Positions 52,446 to 64,000 of a stretch of 64,000 nucleotides of DNA are shown here, in pieces. Under the pieces are notes generated by a model. The model did not search any database and had not been told where the DNA came from. It saw only the letters and a list, made by a program, of their open reading frames with translations. Location of the stretch: assembly GCF_001194135.2 (NCBI RefSeq), contig NC_068986.1:26087684-26151683 (forward strand), in the 5' to 3' direction. The stretch is from Octopus bimaculoides (lineage: Eukaryota). The number at the start of each line of letters is the position of its first letter. Position 1 is the stretch's first letter. Position numbers and translations under genes: made by a program.

Positions 52446-55400
52446 NNNNNNNNNNNNNNNNNNNNNNNNNNNNNNNNNNNNNNNNNNNNNNNNNNNNNNN
52501 NNNNNNNNNNNATATATATATATATATATATATATATATAGCTGGTATTCATTAATAGTCAGTTGAAATGCAAAATTGGCAGTAGCAAGATTTGAACTGA
52601 ACAAAAAAGAAAGGAATCTATATGAAAACCAGGTAGAAAACACAAAACTTTTGTTATTTAAGGTACATAAGAATTACCTATAAAATAACATTAGCTTTGA
52701 CTGGTTAAAAATAGCAGCCAAATTACCCTCAAATCATACCCATCTTAAGGAAGGAAAGACACACTGGATCATGTGGTCCCTGATACACTGTGAATGAACA
52801 GAAGACAAAATAGTTACAACTAGAATGGTTTTGATCATAAGTCTACTGAAATAGGGTCAAGCTGAGGCAAAACACACACACACACACACACTTAAGTTAC
52901 ATGAATCCCTCTAATACTGGTTAGTTTTAGCAAATGCAAAATTAATATAATAAATCTAAAGCCTGACATAACATAATTAGATAGGAACTTTATTCTTAAA
53001 TTTATTATTTACATTTATAGGAAAAGACTTATATAGGATAAAACTTCATAGTTGAGGACAAAGGAGTTGATGATAGTTTATAGATGAAAATTATATATCA
53101 TTGCAAGTCAATAAACCGAATCTAAACATTTCTGTAAAACTATCATGGAACAACAGTAGTAATTAATAGATAGTTTCACATGAGAAGCAATAAAAACGTT
53201 GAACAAGAAAACTATGATTTATAGGTATTGCCTACGTACATGATAGAAAGTGCAGTAGGAGTTGTGATAAGAAAATTGGTAATTAAAATGTTGCCTGAGT
53301 AGGCAGGAAAAACAAAGTCGGCAGCATTTTAGCAATTTTTGTAAGTGCATTTAGCTCTGAAGATAATTCTGTATATTACCGAGAGACTTCTTATAAATAT
53401 TCACAAAATAATGATAATAATAACAACAACAACAACATAGATGATTTTGTTCATTTCCCATGTCTAACCTACTACAATAACAATCTAGTATGATATTATT
53501 AATAAAAGTGATTAAAAAAAAAAGTTGTAATAAGCATTCATAAAACTTGTAATACAAAGTAATTCATACATTCAATGAGGAATTGATTCCAGATACACTA
53601 AGATTGGCAGTAGGTGGAAGACCTGTCAACTATACTCTCACTCTTGCTCTCTCTCTCTCTCTCTCTCTTACACACATATACAGATCAAAGTATTTATAAA
53701 ATTGACTAAGATAAATGGCCATAGCATGAAAAGATAGACTTGTAGTAATAGAAGGATAAAGAATTTAGAAATACACCTACTTTGACACACAAAGTTGTTA
53801 CATAAATGTCCACTGCCTGTATAGTAATGCTGTAGCTATCCCTACACATCAGTTTTCCAACCCTCTCCTTGACACAAAAAGTCAGGTGTCTGACTCATGT
53901 TCTATTGTACATGATATAAATGATTACTAAAATTAAAACAATTTGACCAAACAATGGCAACATCAGCACCTATTATACGTAGAAGGGTTGCTTACACTGT
54001 CATTGAAATATTTTGTAACAAATGATCACTAAAGTAAGTTTATTAATAAAGCTAGTTAAATACTTGCCTTCAACAAATTTTAAAAAATACACTTGCTACT
54101 CAAGATGCAAAGTGAAAATCCTCATAAATACATATATATATTCATAAATATATGTATATGTGTGAGTGTGTGCATATATGTGTGTGTGTGTGTACACAGG
54201 CATACACACAAATATATATGAATGTATTCAAATGTATTTATAAACACACACACACACACACACAATCAAACAACTGCTGTTAAAACAGTAAATTTTAGCG
54301 CCTAAAATATCTTGTTCCATTTGTAGATTAGCTTTGTCACAATATGGAAGAGCCAAAATCAGATATTTGTACAACTTCATAGAATCTGGTCTCAGAAAGT
54401 GTTGAAATACTGATGCTGTCTATCCATTAAGAGCCCTCTGGTAAAAATCGCTGTTCCACACAAGAGTATGTTTTTATCAAGGTCCAAACTAACTTTCTCT
54501 ATGATAAGGCTGTGGGACTCCATCCTTAACATGAATTTGGCTAGAGCGAAAATTTTATTTGCTGACTAGACTGGTCAAGGATGTTCATGTACAGAAGTTG
54601 GATGAGTCTTCCTTTCTACCAACTGCTCCAATTAAAAGCTAAGACTAAGAAATATATTAATTTACCTTGTGATACAATCATAAAGCTAATCCCAGGCTAT
54701 GGTCTCAACTCTAAAATCCATGTGCTAAAGGCAAATCATAAACATTTCATTTCTACACTTTTGAAATTTTGTCTCTATGAGCTGAGGGTTTGTTCTGAGG
54801 CAGTTTGACCACTAATTATTTGCTTCATTGAGTAAAATGAGAAAGAGCATTTTGCTCTGTGAAACCTCCTATTATAAATGGAAACCCTATCTCATACATG
54901 AAACCTCATTCATTACTGATTCAGGATAACATGGTACGCACAATTGTGAACCATGTTGTGCTTATCACAGGGTGATCTGTGATAACATGCTTTATGATCA
55001 GTCAAAGAGTCTGCTTGGAACACAAAAGCATTCCCCAGCAACCACCCACAGCTACCCACAATGCACTGACTATTGTAATGCTCACAAGACAATGTTGTGA
55101 GGCTGCATATTTTTTTATATGGATTTATGTACTCATATCTATCAAAATGGTACAAATAAACACAAGAAACACAGACATCTGATCTTAACAAATGACACAG
55201 ATGAGTGTATTCTCAACAGCAAAAAGTAGAGATAATAAAGAAAATACACAACAGTGGAAGCTTCATTGCTATGGGCTGAAAGTTTGGTGTCAACCTATCA
55301 TTTGCTCCACTTACAAAGTGCATGGAGTAGACTCATTATCACTGTTTTTTGGAGTCAAACCTCTGTGATAAATGAAGATAGATGTACTTCTTTGAGAACA

Positions 55401-55689
55401 TGGTATAACCTGCACCAGCTTCAGTTAATTGTTCACGATCATTACTTAGCTTGAACATTTCTTCAGAAATTTTTAGTTGTGCTTTGTTAAGTTTAAGAGA
55501 CATTAACTTAGCTGTGGATTATTACTGAGGCAGACCATAAGATCAAATATCATCCACCAGTTAAGTTGCCTGATAAAGACTGCCTTTTGTTGAGTAACAA
55601 TAAATGCTTAATTAAAGGAGACTAAGCTTGTAAACCAATACAATCTCAAAAAATGTATTTGTATCAATGTACAAACATACAACACAATT

Positions 55690-55743
<54 letters not shown>

Positions 55744-55809
55744 AAAAGGTGACTATGTGGCTTTAGAGTTTACATCATAATAAATGGTTTCAGGTTCTAT
55801 TTTAGATTA

Positions 55810-56185
55810 TTCCTTATGAAGCACACGTATCATTGTCATCATTTTAATGCCCATTTTTCTATGCCTGCATAAAACAGAATCTTCCGAGGCAAACTTTCTA
55901 GAGTCAGATACCCTTTCTGTCACCAAGCAAGGTAATAGTTCCCCATGAGTAAACAAGTTTTTCACAGAAGATTGGAAACAAACTTGTTTACAACCATCAC
56001 ACAATATCAAGGCAAAGGAACACTTATACACATAGTATGTGTGTGTGTGATGGGCTTCTTTCAGTTTCCATCACCCAAATCCACTCACAAGGGTTTGGTT
56101 GGCCAGTGGTTATAGTAAAAGACACTTGCTCGAGGTGCCCTGCAACAGAGCTGCAAGTTTCTTAACTAACAGTCATACCCGCACC
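55810..56185 (-). mobile_element. Composite SINE, reverse copy
   Basis: Contains catttttctatgcctgcat, caaggtaatagttccccatg and gggcttctttcagtttcc. Boundaries approximate. Confidence 0.7.
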
Positions 56186-59100
56186 CCATCCTCATTTGCA
56201 AATAGTTCTGTTGAAAAAGTTAATTCCTCTTTCAAGCAATTATGAAAATAATTAAATTTTTAGAACTTTTAAGTCCAAGAAAGAAGGAAGAAAATTCCAG
56301 ATATGCTCTTAAACAACAAATGAGTCAACAAAGGAACCTTAGATGGTTATTAACCTAGAAATTGGAACCATATTTCTTTTAAATTATACTCTACTGTCTA
56401 ACTAACTAAAAAAAAAAAAAAAGACGATATCCAAGACAACATTAAGTAATGTCATATTAGCTATAAGATGCCTGGAAAAATGAAGAGATTGGCTGGTCAT
56501 GGCTGGAACACTTTTGACCATAGATCTACTTCATCAGGCTCACAACAACAACAAAATAATGAAGAAATCACAATCTCATTAGCATTCAACAATTTTAATG
56601 AGAAGTATAGTTACAAAGAGTAGAGAGTAAAGGTAACTTCCCAGTAAAACCAGCCATAATTCCTATTTTAATTCACTTATCAACACTAATATCTTTTTAC
56701 AAAGACTTAAACATCACAAACTCAACTTTCCTCCCCTTATAAATATGAAATATCAAGCCAATTCTTTTAGAAAACTCAATATTACATTAAAAAAAATCTT
56801 TTATATTTATAGTTTACATCTAATTGAATAATTGAGCTAGTTATTTTCTTTTCTTTGTAATATTAAAACCAGAATTGAAGTTTATTCCATAACATGGCAG
56901 TTACTATAATATTATTTCAATCAAAAGGAAAAAAACCTTGAAATTTGACAGGTGACAAACAAGACTGAATAATTCAATCATTAAGACTATTTTAACATGA
57001 TAACTAGATTATAGATAAATTGATCCCCAGAACACACAGAAATGTTTCAGTAATTTTTAGCCAATCAGAGACTTCTTTCAGAACCATGTTACTGATTTAT
57101 AGCAAGTGATACATTGAAACTTAGGAAAGAAATGGAATATATTTTTATGATAGTTTTTGTTTTGTAGTTTTTTCCCCCCACCACTTCTATTGACTTCCCA
57201 GAGAAATGGAAGAACAGCAGGTGTACTATGTCAGTTATAGAATGTCAAGGACATAGTTGGGAAGATGCTGCAGTAAACTAAATGTAGAAATAATTGATAA
57301 TTCTAAATAAATATCTGTTTACAATTTCATCTGTATGTTCTAGAACAAAGACAATTTATATTTCCTTAAAAAAAAAAAAATCAAAGTATAGAAAGTATGA
57401 AAAAACAATTCACTAGTATAATGATAAAATTAAGTTGAATCTTTGCCCCCAAATTTTATTGAGTGTAGGAATAAAAGAAGTAATATATTTTTTATTGCAT
57501 ATAAAAATTTTACAGACAAACAAATGAAATATAGCTAAACCAATTTCGAATGTTGAAAAAAAAAAAAAAAAAATTGATTTAATGAAGCAATAGAAAACAG
57601 ACAAACCAATAACATTATTAACACCAATGAATAAGGGATGATCTACAAATAGGTAACTAAAATGTGTTCTGCAACAGTTCAGACACCATCATACTGATAC
57701 ATGTTGCATCAACAGATGAATGTAATGTAGTTGCTTGGCTACACACTCAAAGTATATTGTTCTGTTAGAAATATAATAACCAGATTGATATTTCTTGTGA
57801 ACCAGCAAAGTAATTAAAAGAATAATTTCAAGTTATCAATTTACATAATTTGCTTTCTTTCTTTTTTTCTTTTAATGTTTCTTTTAGCAAGTTACAGCAC
57901 AAGCATTTCACAAAATAACTTCTGTCTGAAATTTTCTGTGAATTGATCTAATACTTTTTAAATCTTTTTTTTCTTTCTTCCTACTCTTACAGAATAAAAA
58001 TCTGAAAACACCTTGCTTGGATGATTTGAGAAATAATGAAAGGATTTGATGTAGACATAATATAATAAAAGAGAATGATAAACTATATTGAGAATTTAAT
58101 TAAAAAATCTTTAATCATTATTCATAATAATCAAGTTTGGATCACCAATAGTATAAGCATAGTGTTATACTTTCGTAATATTAAATTCTTTGTATTATTA
58201 TCATCTTAAATCGTCATCATCATTATCAAAAGGTCATTTGTCTACCTGACAAAATTTATTTTACCAACAACATACTTTAATTGATATAGTTCTTTACTGT
58301 TATTTTCCTTGCTTTATCTTTGTATTTCACAGACAATGCTTTCCTGAAATTGTCTGACAGTGCTCTGTCTATTGCTTGAATCTGTCCAGTATACCTATGT
58401 GCTACTCAACGTTACGTTAGAAAATCTGTTATACTCTGTGGATCAGGGACTTAAAAAAGTACCATTCTGTATATAGAGTTAGTCAAAATGGTTACAAATT
58501 TTCTTAATTATAATTTTTATCAGCCAATTGTATTATTTACTTATAGCTTTAAATATAATAAAAAAATGTTCTGTACACAAAAGTCTTATTTTATTTTTTA
58601 AAATAATGTAGATTTGAGTGAAGAACTAGATAGCATATTATCATAAAGTTGGACAATGTCACAGTAGCACTGTCTAACTTAGGAGAAAAAGCAAGGGCTT
58701 CATTGCATACAATGACAAAGATTCTGAAGAAACAAGAAGTCTTCAGAAAAACCACTTCAACTGAATAATTTCCATTTTAATAGAGAATTCAAGTTGAAGA
58801 ATTACTGGACATTATAGAGTGAATATCTACAAGGACATGATCAAATTCACTTGGTACAGGAATGTCACAATGTAACGTTGCAAAACTTTTACATAATGAT
58901 GGTTAATTGAAAACATTAAAAGATAAGATTTTCTAAACAAACAAAATTAAGAAACAAATGAATTTATGAGAGCTAAATTCTACAATATTATACAACATCT
59001 TGAATGCTGAGTAAAATGTATATTACCAAAAAAAAAGAAAAAAGACTTGATTGAACACATTGCTATGGTAAACTCCCTTTTCCAGCTTTGTTTTAATAAA

Positions 59101-59443
59101 ATATTGAAAATCTACTTTTATACACTGAATTAAAAAAAAATTGCAATTATTTTTGATAACCATGTATATTCTTATTAGAAACAACACAACTAAGGAAACC
59201 AGAAACTTTTTTCTGTATAATTAATAACCAATTAGGATGATCAATATTGATCCAGATATGATATTGAGCAAGCTTTGCTCAAACTTCATAATTAAAGTTA
59301 TTGTTGAATAACACTAGGTTAGCTCTGATCAAGTTAAAAAACCTTTGATTACATGTCTGAATAATCAGAGCTAATCTAAAGCTAAACAACAATTGAATAA
59401 TTTCTGAATACTAACGAAATTCTAAATACATAAATGAACTCAC

Positions 59444-59608
59444 CTCGTCAGATTCAAAGACATGACAAAGAATCTTCGCCTGTTTCTTTCTTCGTAAAGA
59501 TTCATCCCCCGGGCTGGAGAGGAGACGCCGGCGAGCCATGATTACCAGGATGTCGCCAATGTCAGCAATATATGATATTGTCCGTAAGGAATGATCCATC
59601 ATGATTTC
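59444..59608 (-). CDS. lin-10: X11/Mint/LIN-10 coding exon, PTB domain: [55 protein letters not shown] (55 codons)
   Basis: Overlaps ORF 59411..59602. Acceptor ctacAG at 59610-59609, donor GAG|GTGAGT at 59443; 165 nt. Contains the X11 PTB motifs [15 protein letters not shown] and CHVFES. Confidence 0.96.
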
Positions 59609-59830
59609 CTGTAGAAGGGAAAAATTTCAATGAAAAACAAGTTTTATAACATTTACCTAAGATGGGGTAAAGAAATGAAAAGAGCTAAAGCAGACAAAGA
59701 TGAGTACTATGAACAACTCATTCATATAAATGAGTTGTTAAACATTTTAAGCAAGAACCTCAACAAAAAAATTATATATTTAGTATAGTATATAGCAACA
59801 AATAGAAATGGTGGAAAATAAAATTACACA

Positions 59831-59862
<32 letters not shown>

Positions 59863-60088
59863 GACATTATGCAACTTCTGTCCTTTCATCATACATTTAT
59901 TAATATTATGCTTTGTACTTTCTGGTTCATATAAGAATCTAGAGCAGGGGACATCACAACCCTTGGCTATTAGAGCTTACTACTATACTACTACTGTGAA
60001 ATATAAGTATATATTGAGTTCTAGCAACTGGTTATTAATACTGATATGACTAAGCAGAATCATTACATTATATATACATAAAAGTGTG

Positions 60089-60120
<32 letters not shown>

Positions 60121-61022
60121 NNNNNNNNNNNNNNNNNNNNNNNNNNNNNNNNNNNNNNNNNNNNNNNNNNNNNNNNNNNNNNNNNNNNNNNNNNNNNNNN
60201 NNNNNNNNNNNNNNNNNNNNNNNNNNNNNNNNNNNNNNNNNNNNNNNNNNNNNNNNNNNNNNNNNNNNNNNNNNNNNNNNNNNNNNNNNNNNNNNNNNNN
60301 NNNNNNNNNNNNNNNNNNNNNNNNNNNNNNNNNNNNNNNNNNNNNNNNNNNNNNNNNNNNNNNNNNNNNNNNNNNNNNNNNNNNNNNNNNNNNNNNNNNN
60401 NNNNNNNNNNNNNNNNNNNNNNNNNNNNNNNNNNNNNNNNNNNNNNNNNNNNNNNNNNNNNNNNNNNNNNNNNNNNNNNNNNNNNNNNNNNNNNNNNNNN
60501 NNNNNNNNNNNNNNNNNNNNNNNNNNNNNNNNNNNNNNNNNNNNNNNNNNNNNNNNNNNNNNNNNNNNNNNNNNNNNNNNNNNNNNNNNNNNNNNNNNNN
60601 NNNNNNNNNNNNNNNNNNNNNNNNNNNNNNNNNNNNNNNNNNNNNNNNNNNNNNNNNNNNNNNNNNNNNNNNNNNNNNNNNNNNNNNNNNNNNNNNNNNN
60701 NNNNNNNNNNNNNNNNNNNNNNNNNNNNNNNNNNNNNNNNNNNNNNNNNNNNNNNNNNNNNNNNNNNNNNNNNNNNNNNNNNNNNNNNNNNNNNNNNNNN
60801 NNNNNNNNNNNNNNNNNNNNNNNNNNNNNNNNNNNNNNNNNNNNNNNNNNNNNNNNNNNNNNNNNNNNNNNNNNNNNNNNNNNNNNNNNNNNNNNNNNNN
60901 NNNNNNNNNNNNNNNNNNNNNNNNNNNNNNNNNNNNNNNNNNNNNNNNNNNNNNNNNNNNNNNNNNNNNNNNNNNNNNNNNNNNNNNNNNNNNNNNNNNN
61001 NNNNNNNNNNNNNNNNNNNNNN
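60121..61022. other. Assembly gap (902 N); other gaps at 11579-11588, 31963-31976, 34832-34981 and 52446-52511
   Basis: N runs, mostly bordered by (TA)n, (TG)n or poly-C tracts. Confidence 0.99.
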
Positions 61023-61769
61023 TTACAAGTATTTATACTCTGGTGAAATTAAGAAATCAACTCATAAATAAATGAAAACCTCGAATCCATCACTGTACAC
61101 ACACACACACAGAGTCGCATATGTATGTATGTACCCATGTGTGTCTACATGCATAGGTACACCATGGTTGAAACACACACACACAGACGAGAGTTGATTC
61201 ATATGAAAAAGAAAGTGAACAAAATAATATGATCAGTTGCCTAACGGGAAATTTGTAAGTTCGATTTAAAACATTTTTTTTAAAGATAACCAAACCAAAT
61301 GTTCATCATTTTGAGCCACTCACCCAATGAGTATTTCTGCTAAATGTGGTGAAAATCCGTTGAGCCGTTTTCCAGTAATTTTGCAAACACACAAAGATGA
61401 GTGATTACAATGCCCTGCTTTCGCTTATGCATGCAGGGTAATAATAATAATAATAATAACAACAACAAGCAGGTAATAGCAAGAGTGCAGACTTTCTCAG
61501 TGGATAGCATTTTACATAATAAAGAAAGATTGTTTTGGATTGGATATGCTTTCAAAAGATCAAAAAGACACATATTTCTCAAGTTAATGAGGACTTAGCT
61601 AGATGCAATGTTAAATTTTGCAAAGCCTGCTACATTTAACATTGTCATAAGTAAGAATTGATAGCAAAGGTAGATTGGCCAGTGTTGAGTGCACTATATC
61701 TCCCAAATGAAAACAGGATGTCAAAGAAAATGTTCCATACTTCAAGAATGACAATAATTATAATATTAC

Positions 61770-61856
61770 CTGGAGATCTGTATTGAGAACCATGATTTTT
61801 TCAGTGGACACAAACAAATCTACTTCAGTACTAGGTTGGTTTTCTCCCTCTGGAGC
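61770..61856 (-). CDS. lin-10: X11/Mint/LIN-10 (APBA family) coding exon, PTB domain: APEGENQPSTEVDLFVSTEKIMVLNTDLQ (29 codons); most upstream exon found in the window
   Basis: Not in the ORF track; read by hand. Acceptor ...tttAG at 61858-61857 and donor CAG|GTAATA at 61769; 87 nt, phase 0/0. Translation matches the APBA1/2 PTB segment [29 protein letters not shown] as recalled, and it joins in frame to the 59608 exon. Confidence 0.93.
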
Positions 61857-62599
61857 CTAAATAAAGTTAGAAAATAATATATATAGAACATTTTTCCTAC
61901 TGAAAACAGATGAGAAAATATAATGGATTTCAGGCGGATATTTTACAAAATAATTATACAATAAAATGCAATACATCTAGTGCATCTGAAAACAAAGTTA
62001 CATTTTTAAACTCCAATTTTGAAATATTAAAGAATTTCTTTTTTGGTATTTTTCAATAAATACATCAACTTATTTTATAAAGAATATTATTTGTAGAGTT
62101 TGATTTGTTTGCCTAAATTCTTTGAACAATCAACCATTAATGATACCATTTTACCATAGAAAGTTTTTGGCAGGTTTTTAAGTTATTCTATATCCTTTGC
62201 AGGCCTTTTTTTTAATGCAAACTTTGAAAAATAATTATTTAACAAATATGAATTATGTTTTATTCAGACTGACAAGCTAGATTATGTAGATTTTTTTAAA
62301 TATAAAAACTGAATAAAATGCTGTTCTCAGTTTACAAAAACACCATTTTTCAAAATGATTAACGAGTATCCTGTTGAATAATATATGTACAAGATGAGCA
62401 GTAAATGCACAAAAAACAAATAAATAAAATGAAATATTTTGTTGCTCATTCTGTGGATAGATTATATGATACATAAATTCTGCAACGAAATTGTTTTAGC
62501 TGTTGTTGGTAATTTAAAATCTGTTAACATATTTTATTATATAATTGATTAATGGCCTAATTTAATAAGATGTTTATTTGAAAAATAATTGCTGGAAAT

Positions 62600-62700
62600 G
62601 AGAGAGAGAGAGAGAGAGGAGGGAGATAGGGAGAGAGAGAGAGAGGGGGAGAGATAGGGAGAGAGAGAGGGAGAGATAGGGAGTGAGAGAGAGGTAGGGG
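62600..62700. repeat. (GA)n polypurine tract with gagataggga sub-repeats
   Basis: Almost purine-only over ~100 nt. Confidence 0.85.
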
Positions 62701-62990
62701 CAGAATTTAAAAAAGTTCAGTTTAAAAATAAAAGGAATTATGAAAGGAAAATATCCAAGAATGGTCTTTAGAAGTAGAGTTTAGCTTATTTATGATCTGA
62801 ATTTACAACAGCTGAACATAACAATTATTATCCTAAAGGCACATGCAGTTAGCTGAGTTCACTTCTTAACCACATGGATTCAGGTTCATTCTAATTACAG
62901 AGCACAGCACCTTGGGCCAAGTGTCTTCCACAGTAGCCCTTGTGAGGAAATTTGGTAGACAGAAACTGAAAGAAACTTTTTGTGAGTGTA

Positions 62991-63022
<32 letters not shown>

Positions 63023-63186
63023 GGTGAGTTTGCAATCTGCAGTGATCTACTCTGTAGATAGTGACCCTCACAGCTTACAGCTGAGCTGCAAGTGGTAGTG
63101 TCACTGGTTATAGCTGGGTTGTAACAGGCGACATTAGCTACATTATTTACAATTGACGGATATTTGTCCTCATCTTGTTTGTTGTT

Positions 63187-63232
63187 AACATAATGTTTCG
63201 GCTGATATACCCTCCAGCCTTCATCAGATGTC
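63187..63232 (-). ncRNA. Minimal type-I hammerhead-ribozyme-like motif, second copy
   Basis: Minus strand reads gacat CTGATGA a ggctg gagggtatat cagcc GAAAC att atgtt. Stem I (gacat/atgtt) and stem II (ggctg/cagcc) both differ from the other copy by paired compensatory changes. Confidence 0.62.
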
Positions 63233-63471
63233 TTGGAGAAATTTCAAACCTGGGTTCCCATTCCTAAGGTATTTTTCGATATTGTTGTTGTTGTTATTAT
63301 TATTATTATTATTATTATTCAGGTCACTGCCTGGAATCGAACTCGGAATCTTGGGGTTAGTATCCTGTGCTCTTAACCACTATGCCATATGCCCATGGAC
63401 ATATGGCATAGTGGTTAAGAGCACAGGATACTATCCCCAAGATTCTGAGTTCAATTCCAGGCAGTGACTTG

Positions 63472-63474
<3 letters not shown>

Positions 63475-63526
<52 letters not shown>

Positions 63527-63612
63527 GCTTAATGTCCGCTTTCCATGCTAGCATGGGTTGGACGATTTGACTGAGGACTGGTGAACCAGATGGCTACACC
63601 AGGCTCCAATCT
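63475..63612 (-). mobile_element. (ATC)n plus a SINE/LINE-type 3' tail fragment inserted into the right arm of the foldback
   Basis: Reverse complement of the ccaacccatgctagcatggaaagcggacattaa(atg)n tail also seen at ~38550-38598 and ~44838-44880; absent from the left arm. Confidence 0.75.
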
Positions 63613-63674
63613 ACACAAACAACAACATTGAAAAATACCTTAGGAATGAGAACCCAGGTTCGAAATTTCCCCAA

Positions 63675-63717
63675 GACACCTGATGAAAGCTGGAGGGCAT
63701 ATCAGCTGAAACGTGTT
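63675..63717 (+). ncRNA. Minimal type-I hammerhead-ribozyme-like motif (stem III appears to carry a deletion)
   Basis: gacac CTGATGA a agctg gagggcatat cagct GAAAC gtgtt: conserved core, 5-bp stem II, and stem I gacac/gtgtt. Confidence 0.6.
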
Positions 63718-64000
63718 AACAACAAACAAGATGAGGACAAATATCCGTCAATTGTAAATAATGTACATAATTCCTCATCTCTTAAATATAGAACTGTAAA
63801 ATCATTTCCTAGTTCTGCACTTGCAAATTCCTCTAAGGTTAAGATTTCCTTATTTGAAAAATAGATATGAGTTATGAGATTATCTGGTTGTAACCTGTCT
63901 AACCCTTGCTAGCATGGAAAAACAGATGTTAAACGAACAAACAAAAAGTATCCATACAATAAGAATTATTATAACCATAATTATATCAGGATCTGTGAAG

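Larger units (their letters stand above)
63139..63765. mobile_element. Head-to-head inverted pair of a tRNA-headed SINE-like element with a hammerhead-like motif in each tail
   Basis: Inner arms 63317-63395 and 63396-63474 are near-perfect reverse complements with no loop. Each head has A box TGGCATAGTGG and B box GTTC(G/A)ATTCC. Outer arms ~63139-63290 and ~63615-63765 are also reverse complements. Confidence 0.85.

Noticed and set aside
54300-54620. Possible CR1/L2 LINE 3' remnant on the minus strand
   Set aside because: Only vague peptide resemblance; not supportable without a search.
60084-61075. Longest ORFs in the track (320 and 329 aa), and similar ORFs at 34702-35017 and 52344-52643
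   Set aside because: They consist of N-gap X residues and (TA)n/(CA)n translations.
63397-63470. tRNA gene
   Set aside because: A and B boxes are present but there is no convincing acceptor stem or cloverleaf, and it is followed by a repeat tail; interpreted as a SINE head.

Overview
AT-rich, microsatellite- and SINE-laden animal genomic DNA from a draft assembly with five N-gaps. The repeat landscape looks like an octopus genome, which is an inference. The window holds the 3' part of one minus-strand gene, an X11/Mint/LIN-10 (APBA) neuronal adaptor. Seven coding exons were resolved by hand (61856-61770, 59608-59444, 20736-20554, 9667-9455, 9153-9034, 7234-7094, 5404-5333). All have GT-AG boundaries and phase-0 junctions, and together they encode 326 aa: the C-terminal part of the PTB domain, the linker, PDZ1, PDZ2 and the tail ...QETPHYL*. 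Upstream exons lie beyond the window end. Most ORFs in the supplied track are microsatellite or repeat artefacts. The strongest leads are: (1) a head-to-head foldback of a tRNA-headed SINE-like element whose tail carries a minimal hammerhead-ribozyme fold with compensatory changes (63.1-63.8 kb); (2) a second palindromic or tandem element with a variant hammerhead-like fold (11.3-11.9 kb); (3) a candidate internal first coding exon (41767-41678) in the 38.7-kb intron that would give a PTB-less X11 isoform; and (4) a ~75-bp tandem array in the putative 3' UTR that repeats a miR-29-type seed match. A decayed pogo transposase and several MITEs are also present. No database search or expression data were available.
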